A stretch of 64,000 nucleotides of DNA, from the NCBI RefSeq assembly GCF_001194135.2, contig NC_068985.1, positions 29,353,657-29,417,656 on the forward strand, read 5' to 3'. This document shows positions 11,986-25,328 of this stretch, in pieces. The translations under genes were made by a program, and so were the position numbers. The first letter of the stretch is position 1, and each line of letters starts with the position of its first letter. The stretch is from Octopus bimaculoides. Taxonomy: Eukaryota. The notes beneath the pieces were generated by a model. It worked only from the letters and a program-made list of their open reading frames with translations. It searched no databases and was not told where the DNA came from.

Positions 11986-13963
11986 TTTAGAAGCTAATAT
12001 TCTATTTGGAAGCAGAATACATGAATTTAATATATGAAGAATGTTCATAAGTGACTTCCATGGAGTCATTTCAATGAAAACAAACAGTAACAGCTTTATA
12101 CAACTACATAGAAAAGGAAAAAAAAAAAAAATCAGGTATATGTTGTGTGGTGACTGGCATGCCAAAGAATAGACCCAAAGTTTCTTCTGCATATCAGAAA
12201 AGGTGAGTGAAAGGGGTTGAGTTAGAATTTGCAAACCAACCTTGTAAAACTCTTGCCAGAAATGACTACCTAAGCAGATCCATGGGTTGGAGAGTTGTCA
12301 CTTGAGCAGTGCAAAGGTGTCATCTGTGAGGAGTAGGGAATCACTAACAAATGGTAGATGCAGTGTTACAGCTCAGGCCCCCACACAACTACTAATGCTA
12401 CTGTCTCTAAATCCTAATAAGTATTTTGATATAGTAGAGTTAAATTTTTGTAAGGGAGACAATCGAAGTATAAGCCAGATTATGAATATTATAAACATAT
12501 TTTAATCTTACATAATATAAAGTTTTTATGAACTAAATTCATTTAGTTGTCTCTGTTCACTGATACAGATACTGCTGAAAATATTATGGACACTAGCTCT
12601 CCTTCTCAACGGAAATAGTTAAAGAAATACAGAGCAATAACTTCAAGCTTAACAAGGTGGTGAGCTAGCAGAATCATTAGCATGCTAGGCAAAATAGTGG
12701 CATTTCATCCATCTTCATAACCTAAGTTCAAATTCCAATGAGGTTGATTTTGTCTTTCATCCATTCAGGATTGATAAAATAAGTACCAATTGAACACTAG
12801 AGTCAATGTAATTAACTTATCTCCTCCCACAAAACTGCTGGCTTTGTACCAAAATTTGAAACCAATAAAATCAGAAACAAATATAATTTCCAACTTCAAT
12901 TTTTATTTTCTCAAATGAACTTATTGACCCAAGAAGCATTTTAGTGAACCAGATTAACTATAACAAAGATATTTTCTATTACATTTACAGCAAGGTACAA
13001 TTTGAGAAAAATTTGGTTGCTATTTTTAGCAGGTCAATTGACAACATATTAGCTCCTGCATTAGGTTGTATTTTTTGTTTTATTTATTCATTTATTCTGT
13101 TTTCTTATTTTGGTGTATCTACGTGCAGCAAGTAATAAAGAAAGGAAATTAGTAGGTGCAATAGTTACTTGTACACGAAGAGTTATCTCCCTTACAACAT
13201 ATAGCTGTTGGTTTTGTATTTTACGCACGGAGTATGAGAGTGATTTTGTCAGTGAAGATCGCCGCCGTCATCGTCGCGATCGTGTTCGCTAATGTAACCA
13301 CCATCGTCCTCTGTCTAATCAAATTTTTTATTTAAAAAATGTTTAAATGCTTTTATTTTCCATACTTTGTGAATAAAAGTAGTCAGTTCTGTGAATCAAA
13401 GGCAGTCATGGTTTCACTTTACAAAGATCTTACTATATCAACTGAAGAACCAATGAAGAGGCCTTTATATGAAGTTTGGGCAACCTTTTCCGAAAAGCAT
13501 ACTGCATAAAGCATGACACATTATCAGGCGGACCACACTATTAAAATAAATTCGAAGTAATTTCCCATTAGGCATGCCATTCAGAAAGTCTCATAGGCCA
13601 TAATTTGTCCACAACTGCTCTATAGTCACTTAACCTGCTAGAAAACCAGACAAATCTTCCTCAGATTATATAGTATTGTCTTAAAAACCCACACTGGACA
13701 ATGCAGTCCTTGCTATCCCTAAAAAGATTGCAGACTCTGAATGTCTTTCAACTTGGTCTGCTTAATCAAGGCTGCCATGGACCTCAACAACAATAGACAT
13801 GCTGACAAGGGAGACTATATGGTTGCTCATCCTGCTAAAAGAAGAGGCCAAATCCCTCTCAAATCAAACCTAATTAGCTTAAGAAAAAAAAAAGAAAAAA
13901 AGAAGGTACACTGCTTCATGTAATCAATGATATACTATACTGGGACGGGTAGAAGTGAATTGT

Positions 13964-14260
13964 GGAGGCACATGGCCTAGTAGTTAGAGCAGCGGACTTG
14001 CGATTGAGGGATCGCAGGTTCAAATCTCCGACCTGGCGATGTGTGTGTTTATGAGCAAAAACACCTAAGCTCCACACAGCTCTGGCAGAAGGTAATGGCA
14101 AACTTCTGCTGACTCTTTCGCCACAATTTTCTCTCACTCTTTCCTCCTGCATCTAGCAGCTCACCTGCAATGGACCAGCGTCCCACCCAGGTGGGGAACC
14201 TATACGCCAATGAAACCAGCTCTTATGAGCCAGGCATGGCTCAAGAAGGAAAAAAACAAC
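13964..14260 (+). mobile_element. tRNA-derived SINE, family D (head shared with family C, different tail)
   Basis: ggaggcacatggcctagtagttag...aggttcaaatc...aaacacctaagctccac...ttctctcactctt as in family C, then ggaccagcgtcccacccaggtgggg...aacaac. Imperfect TSD agaa(g/t)tgaatt. Confidence 0.85.
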
Positions 14261-15376
14261 AGAATTGAATTATCAAGGGTGGAAAACCTTTGATCGTAGG
14301 TCAAGAGAGTTAGCGCAATTCTGCATCTAAACAACAATTAAATATGATATACAAAGCAGAAATATGAATTTTATTCAGAAGCAAACATTAGCTGAAGTGA
14401 ACATATGAGGCACTAATGAACATGTGGCACCTTAACCTATCTCAGAGAATGTCTCTTACCCAATGAAACAATGAACTGGAAAGTTTCAGAAAATTTTGAA
14501 GCGATATAAATAAATGGAAAAAAAAAAATTCCCACAAAAAATTCTCTCATGTAACAGATCCCATTATCATTACCTATTTAACATTTATTTCCCAATCTGG
14601 AGAGAGAAAAAAAACACCTTATCTCAATTGGTCATTATTCTTAGCAATTTTAACAAGAAAACCTGACTTTCCTACATCTAATTTTATTTCTTCATCACAA
14701 ATCTTTCTAAGTTTACCTTTCTTAAGCTACAATTTACTTACAGCACTACATTACTTTTATTCAGCATATAACCACCACTCTCATTAAATTTCTCATTTGA
14801 ACTAACTAATAATTATAATTTTAAAATAATATTTGTATTCAACACGGGCATAAGGCTAGTAAAATTGCTAGTCAATTATATCAACCCTTGTAGTTTGGTA
14901 TTTTATCAGCCCCACAAAAGGATGAAAGGTAAAACTGACCTTAATGGCATTATAACTGAGATGTAAAGAACCATAAGAAGTACCACAAGACACTTTTGTC
15001 TGACACTCTTACAGTTCTGCTAATCCATAATAATAACAAAATGGTAATGACAATTTCTTACATTTTAATAATAACTACAAATTTGAAAGGAAAGCAGTAT
15101 GATGGACTGAATCGATTCTGTGAAAAATTTTGTACATATTTTATCAACTCTGAACAGATGAAAAGAAGTCACCTTCAACATGATTTAAACTCAGAAAATA
15201 GAGAGAGACTCAAAAATATACTACATTACATTTTTCCAATAGTAAAAGACATGTAGCTCTGCTAGCAAATGTCCTTCATTTGCCACAAAAGACTACTGCA
15301 ATAGAATAGAAAACAAAACTAATACAAACATGTAGATATTGTAAACATGTAGAGACTATGAATAACATTGATTTAC

Positions 15377-15532
15377 CTTTCCAGCTATACTGCCATCTTC
15401 TTTGGTAATATGTCGGTCTCTCAAATAATCAAGACCAGGAGGAGGAACATAATCATCATCACTAGAAGTTAATCCAAGTTCTTCTCCGTAGCTGATGTGA
15501 ACCCAATGCCATTGCTCTTGCGGTGTCATTGG
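15377..15532 (-). CDS. GRAMD1B: GRAMD1/Aster-B-like coding exon after the GRAM domain: PMTPQEQWHWVHISYGEELGLTSSDDDYVPPPGLDYLRDRHITKEDGSIAGK
   Basis: ttgtag|CCA...AAG|gtaaat. 156 nt, phase 0-0. Resembles GRAMD1B PLCPKELWHFVHQCYGNELGLTSDDEDYVPP. The gene must continue beyond it, probably past the left edge of the window. Confidence 0.93.
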
Positions 15533-16424
15533 CTACAAGTAAAAGTACACACATATAGATATAATTAATATTTATATTTACATAATTAATATAATTAATA
15601 CAATTGCATTATATAGCAAAATATTACACACTATAAGATAATGTTTATCCTCTGCTTCGGGTGGTAACAAAAATAGGGGTATTTTCATGCAGACCTTATT
15701 TATAAAAGATTTAAGCATTTCCTGAGACAGGAAAACAATGAGTTGATTCCAGAGAAATATTAGTAACTATGAATGAGAAGATTTAAAACTTTTGAGTGGA
15801 AAACATAATATATATCAGTATAATATTATTTTGAAGGTTTTCATTAATGGAGCATAGGAAGCAGTACTTTGATAGACTCATCATTTCAAGACTCAACTTC
15901 TACAACAATGAGACCACACCAAAAAGGTAAGATTAGCCAAATCAGCGAATTGGCTATTGAAGGACATCCTAAGTTCAGTTGAAACAGATTAAGACAACAA
16001 ATCATCTGATATTTCACAAAACTGTGATAGTCAAACAAAGTGAAGAAAGTTATTGTATTGAACCACTAAGCAAAGCAAAAAAAGCATTTCTGTGAATCAC
16101 AGAATTTTCCTCTTGGCATCTAGCAGTGGTTTCCCAATTACGTTCTGAGTTCAAATTCCACCAAGGTCGACTTTACCTTTCATCCTTTTGGGGTCGATAA
16201 ATGAATACTAGTTATGTACTGCAGTCAATTTGATCGACTGCCCCACCTCCCCCAAAATTTCGGGCCTTGTGCCTAGAATAGAAAAGAATACTTGCAGATT
16301 TTTACAGAGAACACAGTGCTACCAAAAATACGAAGTAGCTGACAAGAAATTTAGACTGGTCTGTAGCAAATGATTGAATTACTGATTCACCATGAAGAAA
16401 ATCAAGTATAGAGATATAGGGTAA

Positions 16425-16741
16425 AAGGGTAAAAAGCCCCTTCAGTCATGAATGACCATGGGATTGCACCTAGAAAGTTACCCTTCAAGTCACAAGTCTG
16501 GGCAAGGCAGTTGCCCATGCATACCAGCCTCTCCTCCCCAATCCACCGATGTTATCCAAAGGAAAAGCAAGGTTGCTACAGCTTGGCACCAGTGATGTCA
16601 AAACTCATTTCTACAGCTGAGTGAACTGGAGCAATGTGAAATAAAGTGTCTTGCTTGAGAACACAGCACACAGCCTGGTCCAGGAATTGAACTCACTACT
16701 TCATGATTGTGAGCCCAATGCTCTAACCACTGAACCATGTA
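16425..16741 (-). mobile_element. tRNA-derived SINE of a further family
   Basis: Minus strand reads atggttcagtggttagagcattgggctcacaatcatgaagtagtgagttcaattcc (A/B boxes), followed by a core of the caagacactttatttcac...ctccagttcactcagctg type. Confidence 0.75.
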
Positions 16742-16849
16742 TAGAGACATATAGTTGCATAAAATGATGCAAGCAATTTCCTTTAGACAACCTGCAGACG
16801 GTACAATGCAGCAATAACTAACAATATTTGTCATCACTCTCTTTACCTA

Positions 16850-17170
16850 ATTGACACTTCCTTTAATGTCACTGATATATGCAATGACTTCTGACATTAT
16901 TGGATTTATTTTATCATTCATCAATTTTAAAGAATCCTTGTATTTTATCATCATTGCAAGACTTCTGCAAAATAGCATCTCTTCAACCAGTTTGCTATCA
17001 TCAAGAAATTGTATATATATCAATTGATCGTTTCCATGCCAGCATGGAAAGCCGACGTTAAACGACGACGACGATGATGATAATGATGATGATGATGATG
17101 ATTCAAGTTCATTAACTTTATTGCATCTTAACATTTCTTCTAAGCTTGAGAGTAGCTTTGTTGCTATCAA
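16850..17170 (-). mobile_element. Possible hAT (Buster/FAM200-like) transposase fossil with an RTE tail inserted at about 17025-17103
   Basis: QFLDDSKLVEEMLFCRSL...KINPIMSEVIAYISD resembles the Buster-type EEMLF.R.L...NIPL.NIIACATDG segment. Weak similarity, from memory. Confidence 0.45.
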
Positions 17171-17479
17171 GGGCAACAACTTTGTTTACACCAGAATCGT
17201 AGGTAGATATAAGGTGGTCATATAAATATCTTCTAATTCAAACTAAATCCCAAAAAATCTTAAACTAAAAAAAGCGAATCACTAATTAAACATTAAATAA
17301 TTTTTTCTACTCTAGGCACAAGACTCGAAATTTTTGAGGAGAGGGGCCAGTCAATTAGATCGACCCCAAAAAAGGAAGAATTTGCATTGTATCTTCCGCA
17401 TGTATTTTTTCAATGTTGCATGATTTTGATGGGGTACTCTTCAAAAACACAGTAGCTTGTCACATTTTGCTGTCCTTTG

Positions 17480-17830
17480 TCGACTACTTTGTGGTCTTCA
17501 TTTACCACTTATGTCTGTGTCTTTCTTTGTACCCCCTATACTGCACGTTTCTTCTACTTGGGTCATTTGGCATTTCTTTAACCAACTATTGACCTCCATA
17601 TGAATAATGCATTCATACCAACACAGTTTTCTCTATAGCACATCTCAACCACTTTCTCCACCATCCAATTCTCTCAGCTCAACTGTGCTCTGTTGTTGAT
17701 GAATATTAATACACTTAGGGGAGCATATTTTGTTTCATTCCTCTCCAGCTTTCATACATTCTCTGCATTTAATGTTTGTATTCTGTTACCAAGCAACATC
17801 ACACTGTATATATAAGCATCAAACAACTTC
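17480..17830 (-). mobile_element. Highly degenerate RTE-like LINE C-terminal fragment
   Basis: Minus strand gives KLFDAYIYSVMLLG...KLERNETK, resembling RTE KLYDACVRTAMLHGSETWA..RLERNE. Confidence 0.55.
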
Positions 17831-18604
17831 ACAAATTTAAGAAACAATTCAACTGCTGAAGGATATTAACAAAGTTAAATTACTCAACATGGAAATTCTT
17901 TGTTTTGCCTTGAAGCTGACCTTTTTGTTTAGCCTGTAAGAAGCTTTTGTCATTGTTTTAAATCAATTACTATTTTTTTTAAATTATATTGATTTCTTAA
18001 CTTTTAGTACAAGACCAAAACTTTAGTAAAAGGGAACCAAGTCAATTAAATTGACTCCAGTACATTATAATTCTATTGAATCTGGAGAAATGAAAACAAA
18101 TTCAACACTGGCATGTTTTGAAATCAGAACAGAAGGGACATAACTGCAAAGCATTTACTCCAGCACTCTAATGTTCTCTGTCATTTCCTATATCGGTTGG
18201 TAGCTGTCAGGACACTGCATCCTTCAAAATTTCCATGCTTCCTAAAATTCACCAATGCTATTTCTGACTTGTCTATGAACACTTTCCTCTTTGTGGCTCC
18301 TATACTGTCCATTTTGCTGTCTCTCTGTCTTTTATTGTGTATTGTGCACGTAATTCTAGCTCTCATTGCCATCTTTCTTCAATTGACTCATGGCTGCTTT
18401 CTGTCCCTTTCGTAGTGCTTATTATTAATAAATTCAGTGCAAATAATGAGACCAAAGGATCTGTTCAATGTAACAAAAGAGATTTTTCAATGGACGTGCC
18501 ATATACCAGACAATTAGATATTTTAATATCTATTATATAGAAAAAACTTCAGGTATGAAAATATCACACAGAATGAAGATTTTCAATATGCACAAAATAT
18601 TTAC

Positions 18605-18781
18605 CTGATCCATCAGGGCATTTTGCCAAATCCTGAACAACATCATAAAAGTTTTGTCTCGAGTCCCAAAAGAGGTGAAAAAATATTTGTCTTTTTCTGT
18701 AGCTATTTGTATAGCATTTGGTATCACTCGGGCAGTTTTCTCTTTGGTAATAGCACATATTTCCTTGCATGGAATAGTTAA
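18605..18781 (-). CDS. GRAMD1B: GRAMD1/Aster-B-like coding exon, GRAM domain C-terminal half: LTIPCKEICAITKEKTARVIPNAIQIATEKDKYFFTSFGTRDKTFMMLFRIWQNALMDQ
   Basis: tttcag|TTA...CAG|gtaaat. 177 nt (59 codons), phase 0-0. KEKTA..IPNAIQ and FFTSF..RD motifs of GRAMD1 proteins. Confidence 0.97.
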
Positions 18782-20692
18782 CTGAAATAAACAACAGCAT
18801 GCAGTATAGATTATATCCAACTCAATGAGATAAATGTCTATTTATGGTTCTAAGTTCTAATGTAAAATAACATGTGTCTCTTTCCAATCTAAAATTCAAA
18901 AATCATTAGCTCTAAATTCTGTGTCATTCCATTTAGTATCCACATTCAGAGGCTAGCCACAACATCAATTTGTTTACTCATATTATGGATGGCCAAATGA
19001 GAGCAAGCAAAAACTACTTTTCCAACATTCTAAAGTCTACTTTTCTCATATCTCTGATCAAGGTTGGTTAGATTTGAACAGAATAAAATATTTTGAGAAA
19101 AGAAAAAAAAAAAAAAAAAAAAAAAANNNNNNNNNNNNNNNNNNNNATATATATATATATATATATATATATAAGGAGTTGGTGTTAGGAAATGCATCAG
19201 CCGTAAAAACCCCGCCAAAACAGTGAAAACCTAGAGCAGTCTTCTACCTAGCCAGCCCCTGTCAAACAGTCCAACCCATGCTAGCATGGAAAATGAACAT
19301 AAATGTTGATGACGGATAATGATAAGTATGTATGTTTATGTATGAGTGTGTGTGTGTGTGTGTGTGTGTATATACATATATGACAAGTTACAATGTTCTA
19401 CGGATATGATGCATTTTAAGATTATGAAACCACATTTGAAAATGTGATTTCATCATCTTAAAAAGAGTTAATAGATTGCGTGGATTATCCCAACTAGGGT
19501 AGTTATCCTGTTTAATTGTCATCAATCATCAATACAGATTATCTATGCAGATAATATTAGATAATATGCAAAATAGCTCTATTAATCTGTGACAGATATA
19601 GCAACAGTTAAAAGCATTAAGATGAGCCAATACTTCTATAATTAAAAGAACATGTCATCTCTGATGATATATACAGAAACACCAGTATCAGAAGAAAAAA
19701 GAAGACAAAATGAAAAGGAATATGCAATAATAAAGGAAAGATACAATAATCTCAAGATACAGTATCAGATTAAGGAAAAGTTAAAAAGAATAACTGCAAA
19801 GTTAGCACAAAATGTTACTGTGATTTAGTCAGTTTTAACATGGCAGATCTATAATCAAAAGCATTCTAGCTGTGACCAACCCACCTTTTTGCAGGCATGG
19901 TGTATCCTTGAATGCATTAGCCAATGTATCTTTCATTTTTAGAGACAGGGCATGATTTATGGAAGATTTGGCCACTATTTCTAGCAGATCAAGTGGTCAT
20001 AGAGAGGATCTTATGCTGATTCAAGAGCAAGATGTATTTAGATTAAGTATAGATAGGATTTCTATTAGAACATTCATTTTTGATTCTATTTTTCTGGTAA
20101 GAAACCTGCAAGTTCTTAGCAAAAAACAAAGAAGATTCAACACACAGCAGTCATTAAGCAATAAAATTGTTGGGTATTGTGGAATGACTCATGATAATAA
20201 ATCAGACAGTTGTGTTTTTGCTCTGGATCATCTCTAACTGAGCAAACCTATAATCAAAGGCAAACAAGCAATGATCATTGTCTTTTATTCAAATATAGTA
20301 GATCTAGGATTTGTTTATCCAATAAAGTTTTAAGCTGGTGAGGCAGAATCTGAGGGAGATAAGGCTGTTATTTCTAACAGATCAACCAACATTATGTAGA
20401 ATGATAATTAAAACAAGCTGATAAGCAGAGTCCAGGTGAATGTCTATCAGAGTTATGTCCTCAGCCCCCCCCCCCCNNNNNNNNNNNNNCTTTTTTTTTT
20501 TTTGCTATTATCATGAAAGTAATGACAGTAACGACACAGATCAGGCCTGGATGTTCTTGGGAAGTTCTGTAGGCTGATGACTGGCTTTCATGGCATAACA
20601 TCATGAAGAATTATGGAAAATTTTGAAACTAGGAAGACTGGTCAAAAATCAAACAACAATCAAAACCTCGAAAATTCAAGATAGTGAAGATC

Positions 20693-21042
20693 ACCAACCA
20701 CATGGTTCTGGGTTCAGTCCTACTGCGTGGCACCTTGGGCAAGTGTCTTCTACTATAGCCTTGGGCCGACCAAAGCCTTGTGAGTGGATTTGGTAGACGG
20801 AAACTGAAAGAAGCCCGTCGTATATATGTGTATATATATATGTGTGTGTTTGTCTCCCCCACCATCACTTGACAACCGATGCTGGTGTGTTTACGTCCCC
20901 GTGACTTAGCGGTTCGGCAAAAGAGACTGATAGAATAAGTACTAGGCTTCCAAAGAATAAGTCCTGGGGTCAATTTGTTCGACTAAAGGCGGTGCTCCAG
21001 CATGGCCTCAGTCAAATGACTGAAACAAGTAAAAGAGTAAAA
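20693..21042 (+). mobile_element. SINE family A, 5'-truncated
   Basis: Starts at accaaccacatggttc and ends in gtaaaagagtaaaa. Confidence 0.88.
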
Positions 21043-21895
21043 AAAATGAGTGGAAACAAAAGCTAAGAAAACTGGTTTTGTTCAATACAATGAAAACTTG
21101 AAGTATATTTCTCAATACTTTCACTAAGATATCTTCGCTTGAATTAAACTTTCAATTGTGAACAGTTGAAAAAAAAATTTGATACCAAATTTTGTTTTTT
21201 TCTGTTTACAATATTTCCATACTTGCGGTTTTGAATAATGAGGATATTATCACAGATTGTGAGAAAATATAAAAACAACAAACTGCTAACAAGCCAGAGC
21301 AATAAAATGCAATTTATTATCTGTAATGTAATAAATTGCTGATATGAGATACATCAAACTATTTCTGTATTAATGAGCACAAATGCATTGCATTGCTAAA
21401 ATATTAATAACCTGCTAACATGTCAACTTCAGAATACAATTATTAATGTTTAAATCAGTCTAGCTGGTAACTTTAAGGGAAAAGTCTATTGGGAGAATGA
21501 AAAGATTCATTGATTTTTTTTTTTTTTTTCACAAACCCATAACTATACAGGACACTTAGTTTCATAAATATATGAATATCATTTACTCTCTCTCTCTCAT
21601 ATTGTGTCTGGGGAGAGTCATTTTCTTTTAATGCCTTATTAATTAACACACACACCGGTTCAGTTTCCACTCATTTACTTATTTATTTTTTCAAAAATAT
21701 TTGTTGCGTCTTGCAATCTTTTCAATATTCATTGATTCTGTCCATTATCCAAGCTGCATTCTTTTTGTTTGTTTGTGCACATGTGTGTGAGTCAGTGTAC
21801 GTGTGCATACACATATGTATGTATGTATGTGTGTATATGTATGTATGAATGTGTGTATGCATATCGATATATGTATGCATGTGTGTATGTATGTA

Positions 21896-21940
21896 TGTAT
21901 TCTGCACATTCATGTGTTTGTGTGTTTATGTGTGTGTTTG

Positions 21941-22015
<75 letters not shown>

Positions 22016-22163
22016 CTCTGTCTCCTTGTGTGTGCATGTCTGAATGTGTCTGTGAGTGTCTCACACACACACAAACACACACACTCAGACATGCACACAC
22101 AAGGAGACAGAGGTACACACACACGTGCAAACAAAAACACAATCACATGAATATGCAGAATAC
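21896..22163. repeat. Fold-back palindrome built around (TG)n/(CA)n tracts
   Basis: Perfect 32-bp IR at 22012-22043 and 22085-22116, extended by imperfect outer arms. Confidence 0.92.
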
Positions 22164-22720
22164 ATATATACAAACGAACATAAAACAGATAGAATATTTG
22201 GGCCAGATATGACCAGTTTAAATGCTAAAAGGTTAAGCATCACTTTACAAACAGCAGCCCTGCACATGGCATGCATGGCTCTCACATGCTATCCCTGCGT
22301 CCCTAGTTTGCATGGAAACAAACATTAAGTATAGTTATTTACTCTTTACTACAATCTATCTGGTTCTACCATTTATTGCACTAACATGAATGGTAGCAAC
22401 CTTGATGTTCTGTGTCTGAAAGGTAGAGAGTTGTTAGGACTGTTTGATGATAGTTAGGCGGTTAGAAGGTAGTCATACCTAGCTAACTTACTGCCATGGG
22501 TAAATTTTAGTTTTCATTATACAGTTAGTGTTTTAAGAATTCTGTGATTATCATGGGGTTTTTAATTTTGATTTTTTTTTTTTAAGATGGATGCCTACCA
22601 TTTTACAGAATGATTGACTGTATACATCGTGCCACCAGTACTAAAAAGGCTGTCTGCTAAGGAACTATATATGTACACGCACAGACACACACACAATCTC
22701 ACTGGCCTTTATTAATATTC

Positions 22721-22908
22721 ATCATCATCATCATCATCATCGTTTAACGTCCGCTTTCCATGCTAGCATGGGTTGGACGATTTGACTGAGGACTGGTGAA
22801 ACCGGATGGCAACACCAGGCTCCAGTCTGATTTGGCAGAGTTTCTACAGCTGGATGCCCTTCCTAACGCCAACCACTCAGAGAGTGTAGTGGGTGCTTTT
22901 ACGTGTCA
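22721..22908 (-). mobile_element. Young RTE 3'-end copy
   Basis: One visible substitution relative to the 9410 copy over about 170 bp. Confidence 0.88.
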
Positions 22909-23252
22909 TTGTATTATTTCATAGTCTTTATGAAATATATGTGGCAAATGGAATAAGCTAATTGCTAAATCACATTGTAACAGTTTCCATGTTCCCATAC
23001 ATTTTAATAGCAAAATGAGTATTCTCTTGATAGAAATGAGTAAAACAGTTCACACGGATGAATGTCACATTATTTCATAATTTAATGAATACATGAAGCA
23101 AAACACAAAGCATTTTAATTTGCAAAATTGGAATTTATGAAAGTTGTTAACATTAGTAGCTAACATGTTGGTAAATGAAGTGCCTGAAATAGGCAGAAGG
23201 TTAGAACAGAGTTAAGTATAATTGCTAAATTTTTAATATAAGAAGGGAGTTG

Positions 23253-23668
23253 CTCTTTTACTCTTTACTTGTTTCAGTTATTTGACTGTGGCCATGCTGG
23301 AGCACCGCTTTAAGTCAAACAAATTGACCCCAGGACTTATTCTTTGGATGCCTAGTACTTATTCTATCGATCTCTTTTGCCGAACGGCTAAGTTACGGGG
23401 ACGTAAACACACCAGCATCGGTTGTCAAGCGATGTTGGGGGGACAAACACAGACACACAAACACACACACACACATATATATACATATACATATATATAT
23501 ATATACGACGGGCTTCTTTCAGTTTCCGTCTACCAAATCCACTCACAAGGCTTTGGTCAGCCCGAAGCTATAGTAGAAGACACTTTCCTAAGGTGCCACG
23601 CAGTGGGAATGAACCTGGAACCATGTGGTTGGTAAGCAAGCTACTTACCACACAGCCACTCCTGTGCC
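23253..23668 (-). mobile_element. SINE family A, full length
   Basis: Reverse complement of the 29339 and 58589 copies. Confidence 0.9.
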
Positions 23669-24953
23669 TTATATTCATGATTAAGATCTCATAATTACTG
23701 CATCATGGTTTCTGATTTAGGCCCAAGACCAGTAATTTCAAGGGAGTGGGGGTTAGCCAATAACTTTAAGCCCAGTACTTTACTGATACTTTATTTTATC
23801 AAGCCCCAAAAGATGAAAAGCAAACTTAATCTCATCAAAATTTGTTCACAGAATATAAAGAATCAGAACATTTTTTTCCAATGCTCTAATGATTCTGTCA
23901 ATCCCCCATCCTTGATGATGCTGGTTGATTGGCCCTCCAACAATTTTGAGAGATCAATTTTTTTTTTTTTTGACAATTATTACTGTTCTATCCATTAAGT
24001 TTCAAATAAAAAAAATGTATTACCAGCTGCCAGTTCAGTTAGCAATTCTACAAGTACTACCTATGGATAGTTCTACATATTCCATACTGTCAATAGTTCT
24101 AGAGATGCCATACTTGGACACATTCTCAATGATGTATCCTAGAGTTAGTTTTGTGAATTAATCAAAGAACTAGGAGCAATTCTCATGAACTTCTCAAGAC
24201 TTTCAAAACTGATAAGATCAATGTGGTGAACACTGCACAGAACAATTGTTTTTATAGCTGGATGTTTATTCTACTGTTAACCTCTCAAACATGAAGTAAG
24301 TGTGAAGAGCAAACAGAATCATGCATTTTCTCTAGAGTCCCAAACTCAGTTGTGATATAAGGGTTTGAATACACAACCACACAAGGTGTCATCTACATTT
24401 CAACTTACAACAAAGTGCTCCTAATCATATCCAAATACTATACTGTGAGGAAGTGTTGTAAACAACAATCTTACTTTAGGATATTAGAATTTCAAACTAT
24501 ATACTAATACTTCTTTCTAACTTTTGGCACAAGGCCAGCAATGTCGAGGAAAGTTGTAGTTAATTATATCAACCCTATGCTCAACTGGTACTTATTTTAT
24601 CAATCCCTTAACTGACAAACGGTAAAGTCGACCTTGGCAGCATTTAAACACAGAATGTAAAGTACTGAAAGAAACATTGCAAAGCATTTTGTCTGATGCA
24701 CTAGAAATGTATTCATATTTCATATGTCATGTATTATTTCAGTTGGAACAGAAAGACCCTCCCAAAAATAAAAAGCAATTCCAATATAACATTTGTTTCC
24801 ATATTTAAATGGTTTCTGAAAAAATATGTTCAGAAAACAGTGTGTATATTTGTATTTTCTTTCCAGTTTAGGCTAAAGAAAAAATTGTTTTAAATATTTT
24901 GTCATTGCATAGATGTAGAGGGTTAACTTTTGAATATATAGTTCTCCTTGAGT

Positions 24954-25328
24954 GGAGGCACAATGGCCCAGTGGTTAGGGCAGCGGACTCGCGGTCATAG
25001 GATCGCGGTTTCGATTCCCAGACCGGGTGTTGTGAGTGTTTATTGAGCGAAAACACCTAAAGCTCCATGAGGCTCTGGCAGGAGATGGTGGCGAACCCTG
25101 CTGTACCCTTCCACCACAACTTTCTCTCACTCTTACTTCCTGTTTCTGTTGTGCCTGTAATTCAAAGGACCAAACTTGTCACGCTGAATATCCCCGAGAA
25201 CTACGTTAAGGGTACACGTGTCTGTGGAGTGCTCAGCCACTTGCACGTTACTTTCATGAGCAGGCTGTTCCATTGATCGGATCAACTGGAACCCTCGATG
25301 TCGTAAGCAACGGAGTGCCAACAACAAC
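24954..25328 (+). mobile_element. tRNA-derived SINE, family C, (CAA)n tail
   Basis: tggcccagtggttagg (A box), ggtttcgattccc (B box), body, gccaacaacaac tail. Confidence 0.9.

Noticed and set aside
14460-14475. 16-nt microexon-like segment on the minus strand (tttccag|TTCATTGTTTCATTGG|gtaaga)
   Set aside because: Good splice words but no homology support (FIVSL) and no downstream exon to test the frame; likely chance.
1-15376. Expected downstream GRAMD1 exons (linker, VASt domain, transmembrane helix)
   Set aside because: No VASt-like peptide with splice sites was found. They probably lie left of the window, though a poorly conserved linker exon could have been missed.
21722-22212. Cys/Val- and His/Thr-rich ORFs on both strands
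   Set aside because: Translations of (TG)n/(CA)n tracts, not genes.
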